The notes beneath the pieces are model-generated. The model searched no databases and was not told the DNA's origin. It worked only from the letters and a program-made list of their open reading frames with translations. The translations under genes and the position numbers were made by a program. DNA of 64,000 nt, from sequence record NZ_CP015284.1; one strand, 5' to 3'. Source of the DNA: a plasmid. Below, one piece after another: positions 42,701 through 52,708 of this stretch; the first letter of the stretch is position 1; every line of letters begins with the position of its first letter.

Positions 42701-43640
42701 TCTAATCGTTTTTCCAGTATTTAAAGTGAGTTGGTTTAAGTCTAGTGTACCAGCTTACAGGCAAGATATTTGTTTAGAACAAAATAAAAACTAGGGGGGA
42801 ACCCTAGTTAGCAGTAGACGTTCATACAAGAGTATTATGTAAATAAGAATGTTAGAGTGAAGTCTCTATGATAGAAGCTAATTAGAGACAAAGGGAAGAT
42901 TAATTCATAGTTTGATGTATGTGTCTACTACTGAGATTATAACAGTGCGGTTAGAATTTTTCAACAAGTTTTGTTAAAAGTCAAATTCTCAACTTAGGTA
43001 AGATAACATTTCAGATTAAGCTAAAAATTTTTTGAGACAAGTAAAATTGTAATTAGGGATGCCTCAAAGCTGTTCATATTTAGTAATTTAACAGCATTTT
43101 AGATTCTGATGATGAATTGATAATTAAATTTAAGTGGCTAAATAATTACTATGCATATGAGAAAATAATATAATTAGATTGTATGACGATTGTCATTTAG
43201 ATTATATTGTGCTATATTACTTCTTAGATAGTTTATCTATGTATCATCTCCCAAGGTAGATGGGTAAACTGTGGAATATTAATGCAGAAAAACGCAGGAG
43301 TTACTCTTGCGTGCATTAGGGAGGGATGTCGATTGTTTCTTGGTGAACAATTTTATTGAGCAAGTTGTGAATAACAACGATACTTAAATATTTAAAATAA
43401 TTTCTTGAAGGATGAAAAATAACCTAATAGAAGAATATTTTGTCATAGTTGAAAGTTTATTTGAAAATAAAAAACAGCTCTTTTCACAATGGAAGGAGCC
43501 AGACTTTTATAGATAGCTTTTATTATATGGATTTGATATACTCTTATATGTAGAAAAGTGATAGACGGTGGCTTTCAATTATTAGAGAGGAGTGATGCCT
43601 ATGGGCAAACATTCAAAATCTAGTAGAGAGGAGAGCCGTT

Positions 43641-43745
43641 TTGACAGCGTTCGAGATTGTGCAAACCATTCTAGGCTTTGGTAGTTTTACTATCGCTCTA
43701 ATTGGATTATGCTACAAACTCTTTAAAGACGATGACAAAAAATAA
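43641..43745 (+). CDS. holin-like toxin peptide (type I toxin-like, 34 aa, TTG start)
   Basis: LTAFEIVQTILGFGSFTIALIGLCYKLFKDDDKK. GGAG 7 nt upstream. Followed immediately by a terminator. Confidence 0.4.
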   Translation: MTAFEIVQTILGFGSFTIALIGLCYKLFKDDDKK

Positions 43746-43746
43746 T

Positions 43747-43792
43747 CCGTCCCCACTTTTGGCGAAGTAAGACGGATTATTTTCGTTTAAAA
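43747..43792 (+). terminator. rho-independent terminator
   Basis: aatccgtccccacttttggcgaagtaagacggatt + ATTTTCG. Confidence 0.5.
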
Positions 43793-44176
43793 CTAGCCAC
43801 CGTCTTTTAAACGGCTCTACATGGAAGTTGAGTGACTGCTCAACTTCTTTTTTTCTACCACAATTTTATCAGAATAAACAATTTAAGTCAATTCGAAATA
43901 TACAGATATTGATAAACTGACAGTACCAATGATAAATGAGTATATAGAAAAAGTAGTAGTCCATGAAGCAACAGGGGGAAGAAAAGGAAAAGATAGAAAA
44001 CAACAAGTCGATGTTTACTTTAATTTTATAGGCAACTGTCAAGTGCTATGAAAAGCGAGCATAGAAAAAATGACTTAAAAATGGTAAAATATTATTAGTT
44101 AATTTAGACTAACTTGCAATTAGCTTTCATCTTTAAGGAATAATGTGAAATGCTAAAAGCGGAGAGAGTTTAAAAT

Positions 44177-44818
44177 TTGTTGTTGGGAAGAGTTTTGCTG
44201 GTGAGTGATAAGAGTAACAAAAAATTTTGGGATAAATTCGCCAAGTTGTATGCTCCTTTTATGAAGAAGGATAAAGGTGTTTATGATAAAGTTTGCGGAT
44301 ACATAAACCCCTATTTGAGTAAGGATATGAATGTACTTGAACTTGCTTGTGGTTCAGGTCAATTATCCTTTAACCTTTCAAAATATACGAAAAGTTGGAT
44401 TGCAACTGATTTTTCTAAACAAATGATTTTTGAAGCAAGAAAACATGGAGAATACGAGAACCTTGTCTTTGAAATAGCTGATGCTACTTCATTGATTTAT
44501 ACAGATGAGAAATTTGATTGTGTAGTAATAGCTAATGCACTTCATATTATGCCCGAGCCTGACAAGGCAATGAAAGAAATATATAGGGTATTAAAACCTA
44601 ATGGTACTTTGTTTGCTCCCACTTTTTTATGGAAAGAGGAAAAACAAAGTAAATTCAAAAAACGGCTGATGTCTATTGTAGGGTTTAAGATGTATAAAGA
44701 ATGGGATAAAAAGCAATTTGAAGAATTTATCCATGAATATGGATTTTCAGTAGCTGAAATGAAATTGGTAAATGGAGGTCTTGCACCAGTTGGTGTAATG
44801 ATTGCATATAAAAAGTAA
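44177..44818 (+). CDS. class I SAM-dependent methyltransferase (UbiE/Methyltransf_11-like)
   Basis: Motif I VLELACGSGQLS. Start codon uncertain (TTG at 44177 or GTG at 44204). Confidence 0.65.
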   Translation: MLLGRVLLVSDKSNKKFWDKFAKLYAPFMKKDKGVYDKVCGYINPYLSKDMNVLELACGSGQLSFNLSKYTKSWIATDFSKQMIFEARKHGEYENLVFEIADATSLIYTDEKFDCVVIANALHIMPEPDKAMKEIYRVLKPNGTLFAPTFLWKEEKQSKFKKRLMSIVGFKMYKEWDKKQFEEFIHEYGFSVAEMKLVNGGLAPVGVMIAYKK

Positions 44819-44874
44819 TATTAAATTATTATTTACAAAGTAATATGAATTTAAAAGCGGTAGTGTAAAATAAG

Positions 44875-44945
44875 TTGTGTACACTCAAAAAGCTCTATAA
44901 TCTCTACAGTGGTTTTACCCACTACAGAAATTATAGAGCCGTAAA
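44875..44945. repeat. solo ISL3 terminal repeat
   Basis: gtgtacactcaaaaagctctataatctctacagtggttttacccactacagaaattatagagcc matches the ISL3 right ends at 37325-37390 and 52460-52526. Confidence 0.6.
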
Positions 44946-45061
44946 ATGAAGGTACTTTCTTTTATTCCTGTAAGTTAGATACTTGCAGTTTATGGCAACT
45001 CCATTGGGGTTGCCTTTTTACTTATTGATTATGTAATCAAAATGAATCATTATGACTAACC

Positions 45062-45856
45062 TTACATAAGTACAATCTTGCCAAAAATGCTGAAATCATC
45101 CTTTTCTGACAAGGTGATAGGTGCCTCGTTAGAATTTAACGAGTTAAGAAGAATGTCACCATTATCTATATTTTGACTTACCTTCATTACGTGGTACTTA
45201 CTCTTTAGCTGCACGATGCAGATATCACCTGTTCGAAGGATGGAGTCTTTCATGACAAACATTACTTCATCATCGAAGAAACTAGGTTCCAAGGAATCAC
45301 CAACAACCTTAAACGCAATATCATGTACCGGAATAGGAACAGGGTAGTCGAGACAGTCAACTGGGACCTCTGATACTTCAAACCCTTGTGCATCTACTTT
45401 AGCATAAATACTAACTCTTTTGGTTGGTCGTTGATCTTGTTTAACTATTTGTTTTCTATGGTCATTTTCTTTGATTTCTTTAGAGATATGCTGATTATCT
45501 AATCGATTTTCTATGAAATCAACAGTCGCGTCTTGGTTTCCTTCATCAAGCTCCTTAAACATTTCCTCTACTTGCTCTTGCTTATTGTCGTTAATTGGTG
45601 GGTAAGCATACTTGCTTGGTGAGTCCGATAATCCTAGTAAGTAGTCTGACGTCACCCCAAATAATCCAACTAACTTCACAAGATCTTTAAATGTAGGGGC
45701 ATTACTTCCATTTTCCCACTTTCCAACAGTTTGTTGTGTTTTCCCTATTTTGGCACTAAATTCCTTTTTAGTCCAACCTCTAGCTTGTCGGAGTTTAATT
45801 AATCGGTCAGTAAACATTTCCCCCATTAAATTATTACTATCCTTACACTCTTTCAT
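45062..45856 (-). CDS. cI/LexA-like repressor (XRE HTH + S24 peptidase)
   Basis: N-terminal HTH (KKEFSAKIGKTQQTVGKWENG). C-terminal GDSLEP...K Ser/Lys dyad. Confidence 0.8.
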   Translation of the reverse strand: MKECKDSNNLMGEMFTDRLIKLRQARGWTKKEFSAKIGKTQQTVGKWENGSNAPTFKDLVKLVGLFGVTSDYLLGLSDSPSKYAYPPINDNKQEQVEEMFKELDEGNQDATVDFIENRLDNQHISKEIKENDHRKQIVKQDQRPTKRVSIYAKVDAQGFEVSEVPVDCLDYPVPIPVHDIAFKVVGDSLEPSFFDDEVMFVMKDSILRTGDICIVQLKSKYHVMKVSQNIDNGDILLNSLNSNEAPITLSEKDDFSIFGKIVLM

Positions 45857-46207
45857 GTATTATCCCTATAACATCTTCCTAAAAAAATTATAATTTTTTA
45901 TAATCAAAATTATTATAGCAGTTTTAGAAACAATAAACAAATGTAGAAATAACAGTATTCAAAAGACTTTATAGACTGTATAAAATAGCTATATAAGACT
46001 GAGTCACACTGAATGAAAATGAAATAATTACTAATTTAACACTAAGTTATAATTAAAACAAACCCACGTTTTAGTAGAAAATCATAGCTTTTTAGTTAAA
46101 GTAATATGAGTTAGGTGTAATTTAATTATAAAATTTTCTTGATTGTTTGCCATAAAAATAGTAAAATCATTTCAGGACTATATTGATTAGGCAGGTTATA
46201 TATATAC
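45857..46207. promoter_or_regulatory. divergent cI/cro-type switch region
   Basis: 350-bp AT-rich intergenic region between divergently transcribed repressor and Cro-like genes. Several short inverted repeats (ttataat...attataa). Confidence 0.4.
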
Positions 46208-46396
46208 ATGGGAAATATTATTTCAGAATTGAGACGACGAAAGAAGCTCTCAAAGAAAGCGTTAGCTCATAATCTTAATGTTGATGCAGGGACTATCGAC
46301 AAATGGGAAAATGGAGCTAATATTCGTATGGAAAACGTTGTAGCCTTAGCTGAATACTTTGGTGTTTCTACTGACGATATTTTAGGAATAAGATAG
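46208..46396 (+). CDS. Cro-like XRE-family HTH protein
   Basis: 62 aa. LSKKALAHNLNVDAGTIDKWENG HTH. Confidence 0.6.
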   Translation: MGNIISELRRRKKLSKKALAHNLNVDAGTIDKWENGANIRMENVVALAEYFGVSTDDILGIR

Positions 46397-46465
46397 CACT
46401 AATTACTAATCTTTGGCATCTAAAATATTACGCAGCGTTTTATGATGGAAGATAAGGGAGGGACA

Positions 46466-47170
46466 ATGACAACAGCAATCACGAACCCTAAAAAAATCAC
46501 TTTAGAAGACCTAGAAGAAAAGCTAGAATCGTTCATCCAGGTATTTAATGATGACCTATGCCGAACCATTATTGAGTATATGATTGACTCGGAAGGGCCA
46601 TTTGCAATTACTCGATATAAGAAATTTGGATCACCGTGGTTTTATCAGGCAACCAGAGATATTTCTGATAAACTCTGGAGAAAACTAATCGAAGAGGGAA
46701 AATCAGAGACTGAAGCTAAAGCCATAGCTAAAGACGTGATATCAACGTACTATCAATATATGTTATTTGATATGTTACTTGCGGGACAAAATAAGCTAGC
46801 TTCTAAAGAAGTCCAAGTCAGGATCTCCAGTTTGACAAATAACCGGCAACAAAATGAAGTAAAAAAATTAGCCTTCATGAAAGGTTGCAGGGAATACATT
46901 CAGAATTTACCATTGAAGACACTCACTAATTACATTCCTCTAGCCGAATTGTTTAAATATGCTGGTGTCGGAGAAGTTCCAGATTTAGCTAAAATCTTCA
47001 GCTTACTTGATTCCAGTGAAGCGGGATGTTTGAAAAAAGTCGGAGAAGTTATCCATTTTGACGATGCTGCAGTAGATGAAGTGATTGAAAAAAGATTTTT
47101 AAGGAGTTCTCAACTTCGTTTCTCTAGCGGTAAACTATTGTACAACTCAGAAAGTGTTGTGTTTAAGTAG
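46466..47170 (+). CDS. hypothetical protein
   Basis: GGGAGGG RBS then ATG (MTTAITNP...). 235 aa. Confidence 0.45.
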   Translation: MTTAITNPKKITLEDLEEKLESFIQVFNDDLCRTIIEYMIDSEGPFAITRYKKFGSPWFYQATRDISDKLWRKLIEEGKSETEAKAIAKDVISTYYQYMLFDMLLAGQNKLASKEVQVRISSLTNNRQQNEVKKLAFMKGCREYIQNLPLKTLTNYIPLAELFKYAGVGEVPDLAKIFSLLDSSEAGCLKKVGEVIHFDDAAVDEVIEKRFLRSSQLRFSSGKLLYNSESVVFK

Positions 47171-47328
47171 ATTTTAGAATTAAATATAGAATGAATAAAG
47201 GGGAAAAGGATATAAAAACATATCCTTTTTTTGTGTCTTCATAAACAAGGTGGGTGTCACTGGGTTATAGAAGGTATATGAGTTTTAGTATAATGGTTCC
47301 AAAAAATTGAAGAGAAGGACTAGACAAA

Positions 47329-48758
47329 TGACAAGAATACCAGGTAATAAAAAATGGTTACAAAATATTGCTAAGAAAATCAATCTTCCACTTTATCCGA
47401 AGAAAAAATTTAATGGGGAAGAAGTCACACTCTTGCCTGATGGGACAGTCCGATTATCTGAAACAGGAGAAAAGCCTTCTGCTGAAGCACTGGAAGCCTA
47501 TCAAGACTTCGTTAAGAAATTCAATGAAAGACTACGCCGTTTTGGGGTAAGAACAATCGATGGAAAAGCAACATTGAATACTGTCTCTCGATTTTCGGAC
47601 GACTATTATAAGAAGTATGCCTCGACACCATTACTGAAACAAGTTTACCCAAACAATGACTTTCCTTTCCATTTGCAACTTCAAGAAGATTACATCATTC
47701 AAATCAACTATAGTCAAGAAACGGATTATGAGTTAATTAGTAAGCAACTAAACCAGTTAGATATGGATATCCTACTATTTATAGCTACTTTCCGAAATGT
47801 TCAACTACTACAAATTTCAAGGGAGTTTGGTTTACCGATTCCTAAAATCAAACCACATCTCAAACGACTCAGAGAGTTTTACTTAGTTCAAGAGTGGGAG
47901 TTCGAACGTGAAGATACTCCAGGGGCTCTTGCGACAAGCTATTCTATTTACAGTCATGGAACAATGTTGCTCTTACTAGCAAATAAGATCACTAGAAACT
48001 TCACTTATAAATGGAAAGATATCCTTCGGGAAGAAGATAACTACTCTCCTATTCGATACTGGAAGGTCGTAGATGCCTATCAGAACTTCAAATTTAATCA
48101 AAACTATGCCTATTTTGTTCCTACGTCAAACCTGGAGAAGTTCACGTATACAGTGACAAAGACACAAGAAAAGAGTGAGGGGACAAGTCCTCTTTCTGGT
48201 ATGGAGAAACGAAAATCAGAATTACAATCCAAAAAGGCGAAGAAGAAAGAGCGTACGTATACAGTCCATGTTCCTAGATATCTTTTTATCGGTCAGTTAG
48301 CTCTCAATAAAAAGGAAGATGACGGTACAAAGAATCTTTTTGATGTGTATCCTTATATTACTAACGTTGGTGATACCAGCGATCTTGATAAATTGCTCAA
48401 TGTCTTTAAACACTTTGGACGTTTCGAGGAGGGTTTAGATGAAGAAGGCAACAAACGTTATCTACTGATTATCGTTGATAATTTTGACGACATTCAAGAA
48501 ATTGAAGACAAGTATATGCTTATTGAAAATGGTGGCTATAAGAACCTTAATAACATTATTTTCCTCAACCTAGAGCTTGCTGCTGAAGAAGGAATTGACA
48601 AGTCTCTTGTTGTTATCAGAAGTCAAAATACAACTGATGGTAGTCGCGTGGCTAAATACATGCCTTTTAGAATGAATGAAGCGTTTAATGAGCGTCCACT
48701 AATCAAAGACTCTGAACTAGAAGAGTTAAATCAAGAAGAAGGTGATACTGATGCTTAA
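47329..48758 (+). CDS. hypothetical protein (476 aa)
   Basis: ATG after AAGGAC RBS (MTRIPGNKKW...). No recognisable motifs by eye. Confidence 0.45.
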
Positions 48759-49734
48759 TATCTATATTGATCCCTACGTCCTATCTCCTTTTGAAGCCTC
48801 TCCCTTTTTTCATAAGCTGACTAACTTTGCAAAATCTAAAGACCACAGAGTCGCTATTATGGGGTTTAAGTCCCATATCTCTTGGAATGCTCTATCGTAT
48901 TTAGAAGATAAAGCTAAGATTACGATTACCCACAATCAAGCAGACCTAGAGGATGAGAAAAAACATGCCGTTCTGCTAGCGGGCTATTTAAAAAAGGATA
49001 TTGAGTTAGTCACGTCTCCAACAAGCCACATTACAGACATCTTTCTCTTTGATGAGCAGGCTCAGATGGATACGAATACTTTGTCTCAGCTACTCAGCAA
49101 GGTCCCTTACGTACATTACCTATCAACAGAGCATTTTTTCCATTCTCCTCACGTCAATAATTTCCCTAAGAACAGGCCATTTATTTTCAATACCCAACTT
49201 TTCCGAGACATGAGAAATATTTATTTTGCTAACAGTTTAGTAGAGGGACACGATTCTTTATTTGAGTGTTTAGCTAAAAATGATATTACCCAACAATCTT
49301 TTTTTGGTAGCAACAACTATATCTATATACCAGGTCATAATGGAAAAGAAGAAGCACGTGCTAAGGTTATTATGAACGTCACAAAAATTGAAGATTTGAC
49401 GGTTGAAAGCATAAAACCTTTAGAGCCAGTATCAGCCACTGCAGAACCTCAACAAAGTATGAAAGAGCTACGTTTAGACGAAATTGAAGAACGTCTTAAG
49501 CAGAAAATGAAAAGCTCAGATACAATTAAAAACAATGAAAATTCAAGTGAGGTCTTGAAAATTACTTCTGAAACCCTTACAATGATAAGGAAGGTAATGG
49601 ATTGTATTGGGAGGATGGAAAATAGTTTAAATGCTAAGATGACTGAACAAACTGACGACAACAATAAACTTGATTCAGATTTTGATCCATTATACGCCTT
49701 CAGGGCCCAACATGATAAAATAGGGGAAGATTAA
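48742..49734 (+). CDS. hypothetical protein (330 aa)
   Basis: 17-nt overlap with the preceding gene suggests translational coupling. Confidence 0.45.
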   Translation: MILMLNIYIDPYVLSPFEASPFFHKLTNFAKSKDHRVAIMGFKSHISWNALSYLEDKAKITITHNQADLEDEKKHAVLLAGYLKKDIELVTSPTSHITDIFLFDEQAQMDTNTLSQLLSKVPYVHYLSTEHFFHSPHVNNFPKNRPFIFNTQLFRDMRNIYFANSLVEGHDSLFECLAKNDITQQSFFGSNNYIYIPGHNGKEEARAKVIMNVTKIEDLTVESIKPLEPVSATAEPQQSMKELRLDEIEERLKQKMKSSDTIKNNENSSEVLKITSETLTMIRKVMDCIGRMENSLNAKMTEQTDDNNKLDSDFDPLYAFRAQHDKIGED

Positions 49735-49763
49735 ACAATATTAAAGGGTTGAAGGAGATAAAA

Positions 49764-49967
49764 ATGGCCGATGAAGTAATGACTAAAAAAAACATTTACT
49801 TAGTGTCAGACGTTGACAAAGCCAGGGAACTTGAGGCATACATCGTAAGTACTAAAGATGGTATGGAAGTCTTCGGACTTATTGGTTGTGATGAGCTTGA
49901 GGAATTAACAGATGCTCAACGAGATTTTGTGCAGAGCGACGAAGCGATGCAATTCAAAAGTAACTAA
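49764..49967 (+). CDS. small acidic hypothetical protein
   Basis: GGAG RBS then ATG (MADEVMTKK...). Confidence 0.4.
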   Translation: MADEVMTKKNIYLVSDVDKARELEAYIVSTKDGMEVFGLIGCDELEELTDAQRDFVQSDEAMQFKSN

Positions 49968-50298
49968 GCAAAGACCTTTATGAAAATAAACTACAAATAG
50001 ATTATTTTTCTGAAGACTATATCTGATTTGAAGAGGATTTTCAACGTTATTCAGCATTGAATATTCCGTTAACATTTCTGATTGATGATATTTTGATAAC
50101 TATGGCCATGAACCAGATAAATTATTTTTACTTTGAGATTTCAGTTATAAAATCAAGGAAGAATATTAGAATGTTTCGGTACAGAGGAGAGACGTTAAAA
50201 ATTTAAAGTTCTACATATTGTGTCTTATAAGTGTTTACCAACACAATATATAGGGGCTTGACAAGTATGATATAATAAAAATAGATATTGGAGGTTGT

Positions 50299-50604
50299 AT
50301 GGAAAAAGTTCCAGAAGTGGTTTGGGAACGATTAACTGATTTTTTTGGTTTTAGTATGCCACTAGGTGTCGTTATTATTCTCTTTATTATGGGGGTAGTT
50401 TTTTACATGAATTCTTCTTCTAGTTTAAGAAAGAGTTCTAAGGCCTTATCGGAACACTATAACGGATTATTTCAAAATATGACCACCAGTAACGAACAGC
50501 TACAGAAACAAAACCAACAGTTGAGTGAACAATTAGAGCAATCTCAAGCTAGAAATGAAAAACTCGAGGATAAGATAGTAGCAATGCTTGAAAGGACAGA
50601 GTAG
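50299..50604 (+). CDS. small membrane protein with C-terminal coiled coil
   Basis: One TM helix followed by a Gln/Glu-rich heptad region. Confidence 0.4.
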   Translation: MEKVPEVVWERLTDFFGFSMPLGVVIILFIMGVVFYMNSSSSLRKSSKALSEHYNGLFQNMTTSNEQLQKQNQQLSEQLEQSQARNEKLEDKIVAMLERTE

Positions 50605-50617
50605 GGAGGAAAATATT

Positions 50618-51109
50618 ATGGTTATCGCTATTTTCTTTACAGTGCTATCAATCTTAACGTTTGTTTTTTTGACAGAGAAAAGAAAGAATCAGCAAACGAC
50701 TTTTGAAATTTTGGGACAGCTACATGACTCATATCTAACATATTATTTAATTCAAAATAAGGAATTAGCCGACACCCATCCTACTTTTTATGGGATAGTA
50801 AAATCCTTTAAAAATATTGATTTTAGTAAGACAGAGATCCTTAAAAAATCAATGAGACGTGTCGGAGAAGATGATAGTACGATTTCTGAACTATTGAAAA
50901 ATGAAATGATTGACATTGCAGAAAATGGTGATACATCAGCCAAGGCTTTGCTAGGTTGGTATGTAACAACATGCCGTACCATTGATGAAGTAATCTCTGA
51001 ACCAAGTTTCGAACTTAAATTTAAAGATAATATTGGAGAAATCGTTATTCAACCGCAGAATATAAGTCGCAGTGATGTATCAGCATCTAGTAATCTTTGT
51101 GTAGCATAA
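50618..51109 (+). CDS. membrane protein, hypothetical
   Basis: GGGAGG RBS then ATG (MVIAIFFTVLSILTFVFL...). Confidence 0.4.
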   Translation: MVIAIFFTVLSILTFVFLTEKRKNQQTTFEILGQLHDSYLTYYLIQNKELADTHPTFYGIVKSFKNIDFSKTEILKKSMRRVGEDDSTISELLKNEMIDIAENGDTSAKALLGWYVTTCRTIDEVISEPSFELKFKDNIGEIVIQPQNISRSDVSASSNLCVA

Positions 51110-51146
51110 TTGTGGCTCTTTGTCAACTGTAGTGGGTGACGAAAAG

Positions 51147-52403
51147 CTAACATCTAGAGAGGACCTGATAGGTCTTCTCTTTTTTTATGTTCAGAGTGAT
51201 TAAGATCCGCTTCCTAAAGTTGATGAAGTTTCTAAAACCAAATCCTAGACGTTTGATGTCTTTGATCAACTTGTTAGTCGCTTCAAGTTTTGCATTTGAA
51301 TAGTCCGTTTCTAGTGCGTTTTTGATGTATTGCTTGTGTCTAAGAAAAGTCCTAAAGACAGTTTGAAAATAATGATTAACCTTGCTCCTATTTTCCTCTA
51401 TCAGCTCAAAGAACTCAGCTACTCTCTTCTCCTGAAAATGAAAAAGTAAGATCTGATAAAGTGTATAGTAGTCGGTAAGCTCTTCTGAAAAGTCTAGTGT
51501 TTTCCCAACAACTTCATGTGGACTTAAGGTTTGGTGGAATGTCTTTGAATAAAAAGAGTTGAGAGATAACTTACGGCTGTCCTTTTGGAAGAGTCGCCAA
51601 TGATTTTTCAAGGCTCGATAGGGTAGTGACTTCTTATCGAACTGGTTCATAATCGCAATTCTTGTCTTTAAAAAGGCACGACCAAGGTGCTGGATAATGT
51701 GGAAACGATCAAGAACGATTTTAGCGTTTGGAAAAAGTCTTTTGGCAAGTGGAATATAAGCTCCAGACATATCCATCGTGATAAACTGCACCTGTTGGCG
51801 AGCTTTTAATGGATACTTTAAAAAGTAGTTTCGTATAGAGGTTTGGCGACGATTATCAAGGATGGTTATGAGTTCGTTTGTCTCATAATTCTGCGCCACA
51901 AAAGCCAATTCCCCTTTCTTGAACCCAAACTCATCCCAGGACATAACAGCTGGAAGTTTGTCATAATGTTCTTTGAAAGTGAACTGGTCAAGCTTACGAT
52001 AGACAGTGGACGTCGACACACGAAGTCTTCTGGCAATATCAGTTAGTGAGACCTTCTCAGTTAGGAGTTGTGCAACCTTTTGTCGGACTAGATTGGAGAT
52101 TTGGCAGTTTTTCTCAACGATTGATGTCTCAGCTACCGTGACTCGTCTACAACTTTTACACTGAAAGCGACGTTTCTTCAGACGTAGTAGTGTTGGAGTT
52201 CCCGTTTGCTCGAGAAGAGGGATTTTAGAAGGCTTTTGAAAGTCATATTTGATCATCTTTCCTTGGCAGTGAGGACATGATGGTGCAGGGTAATCAAGTT
52301 TTGCTTGAATCTCTATATGAGTGTCAGTTTCAAAAACAAGTGAAATCTTGATATTTTGGTCTTTAATTCCGATTAATTCTGTGGTATTCTTAATAAGTCT
52401 CAT
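51147..52403 (-). CDS. ISL3-family transposase
   Basis: 418 aa, MRLIKNTTELIGIKD...CPHCQG zinc finger, DDE region. Confidence 0.85.
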   Translation of the reverse strand: MRLIKNTTELIGIKDQNIKISLVFETDTHIEIQAKLDYPAPSCPHCQGKMIKYDFQKPSKIPLLEQTGTPTLLRLKKRRFQCKSCRRVTVAETSIVEKNCQISNLVRQKVAQLLTEKVSLTDIARRLRVSTSTVYRKLDQFTFKEHYDKLPAVMSWDEFGFKKGELAFVAQNYETNELITILDNRRQTSIRNYFLKYPLKARQQVQFITMDMSGAYIPLAKRLFPNAKIVLDRFHIIQHLGRAFLKTRIAIMNQFDKKSLPYRALKNHWRLFQKDSRKLSLNSFYSKTFHQTLSPHEVVGKTLDFSEELTDYYTLYQILLFHFQEKRVAEFFELIEENRSKVNHYFQTVFRTFLRHKQYIKNALETDYSNAKLEATNKLIKDIKRLGFGFRNFINFRKRILITLNIKKEKTYQVLSRC

Positions 52404-52526
52404 AAGTTCTTCCTAATGATGGTTTGGTCGCTTTTCATTATAGTTCTTATGGGACTTTTTGTGTACACTTAAAAAGCTCTATAATCTCTACAGTGGTTTT
52501 ACCCACTACAGAAATTATAGAGCCAT
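51169..52526 (-). mobile_element. ISL3-family insertion sequence, intact copy
   Basis: Right end ...ttatagagcc, shared with the two other copies. Left end abuts an IS30 fragment (51121-51170 matches 23221-23265 in reverse complement). Confidence 0.6.
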
Positions 52527-52620
52527 AATTGTCTGTTGAGCCTATTTTAACGGCTCTTTTTTTGGCTCTCAGATACATGCCTAGCTCCAGATAAACTTAC
52601 AATTTAAAAAGCTGCTGACG

Positions 52621-52651
52621 TCTATTCGGAAAACAGTTATTTGTTGAATAC
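52621..52651. other. putative diverged dif-like (difSL-type) site immediately upstream of xerS
   Basis: tctattcggaaaacagttatttgttgaatac compared with difSL ATTTTTCCGAAAAACTATAATTTTCTTGAAA recalled from memory: left arm TTCGGAAAA/TTCCGAAAA and right arm TTGTTGAAT/TTCTTGAAA are similar. Confidence 0.35.
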
Positions 52652-52708
52652 ACATGTTAGCTATGATAAACTACTACTAACAAGAAAATTGTTAGATTTG
52701 AGGCTAAT

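Noticed and set aside
45062-49967. Whole prophage
   Set aside because: A cI/cro switch is present, but there are no integrase, terminase, capsid, tail or lysis genes anywhere nearby. At most this is a degraded remnant or a non-phage regulated module.
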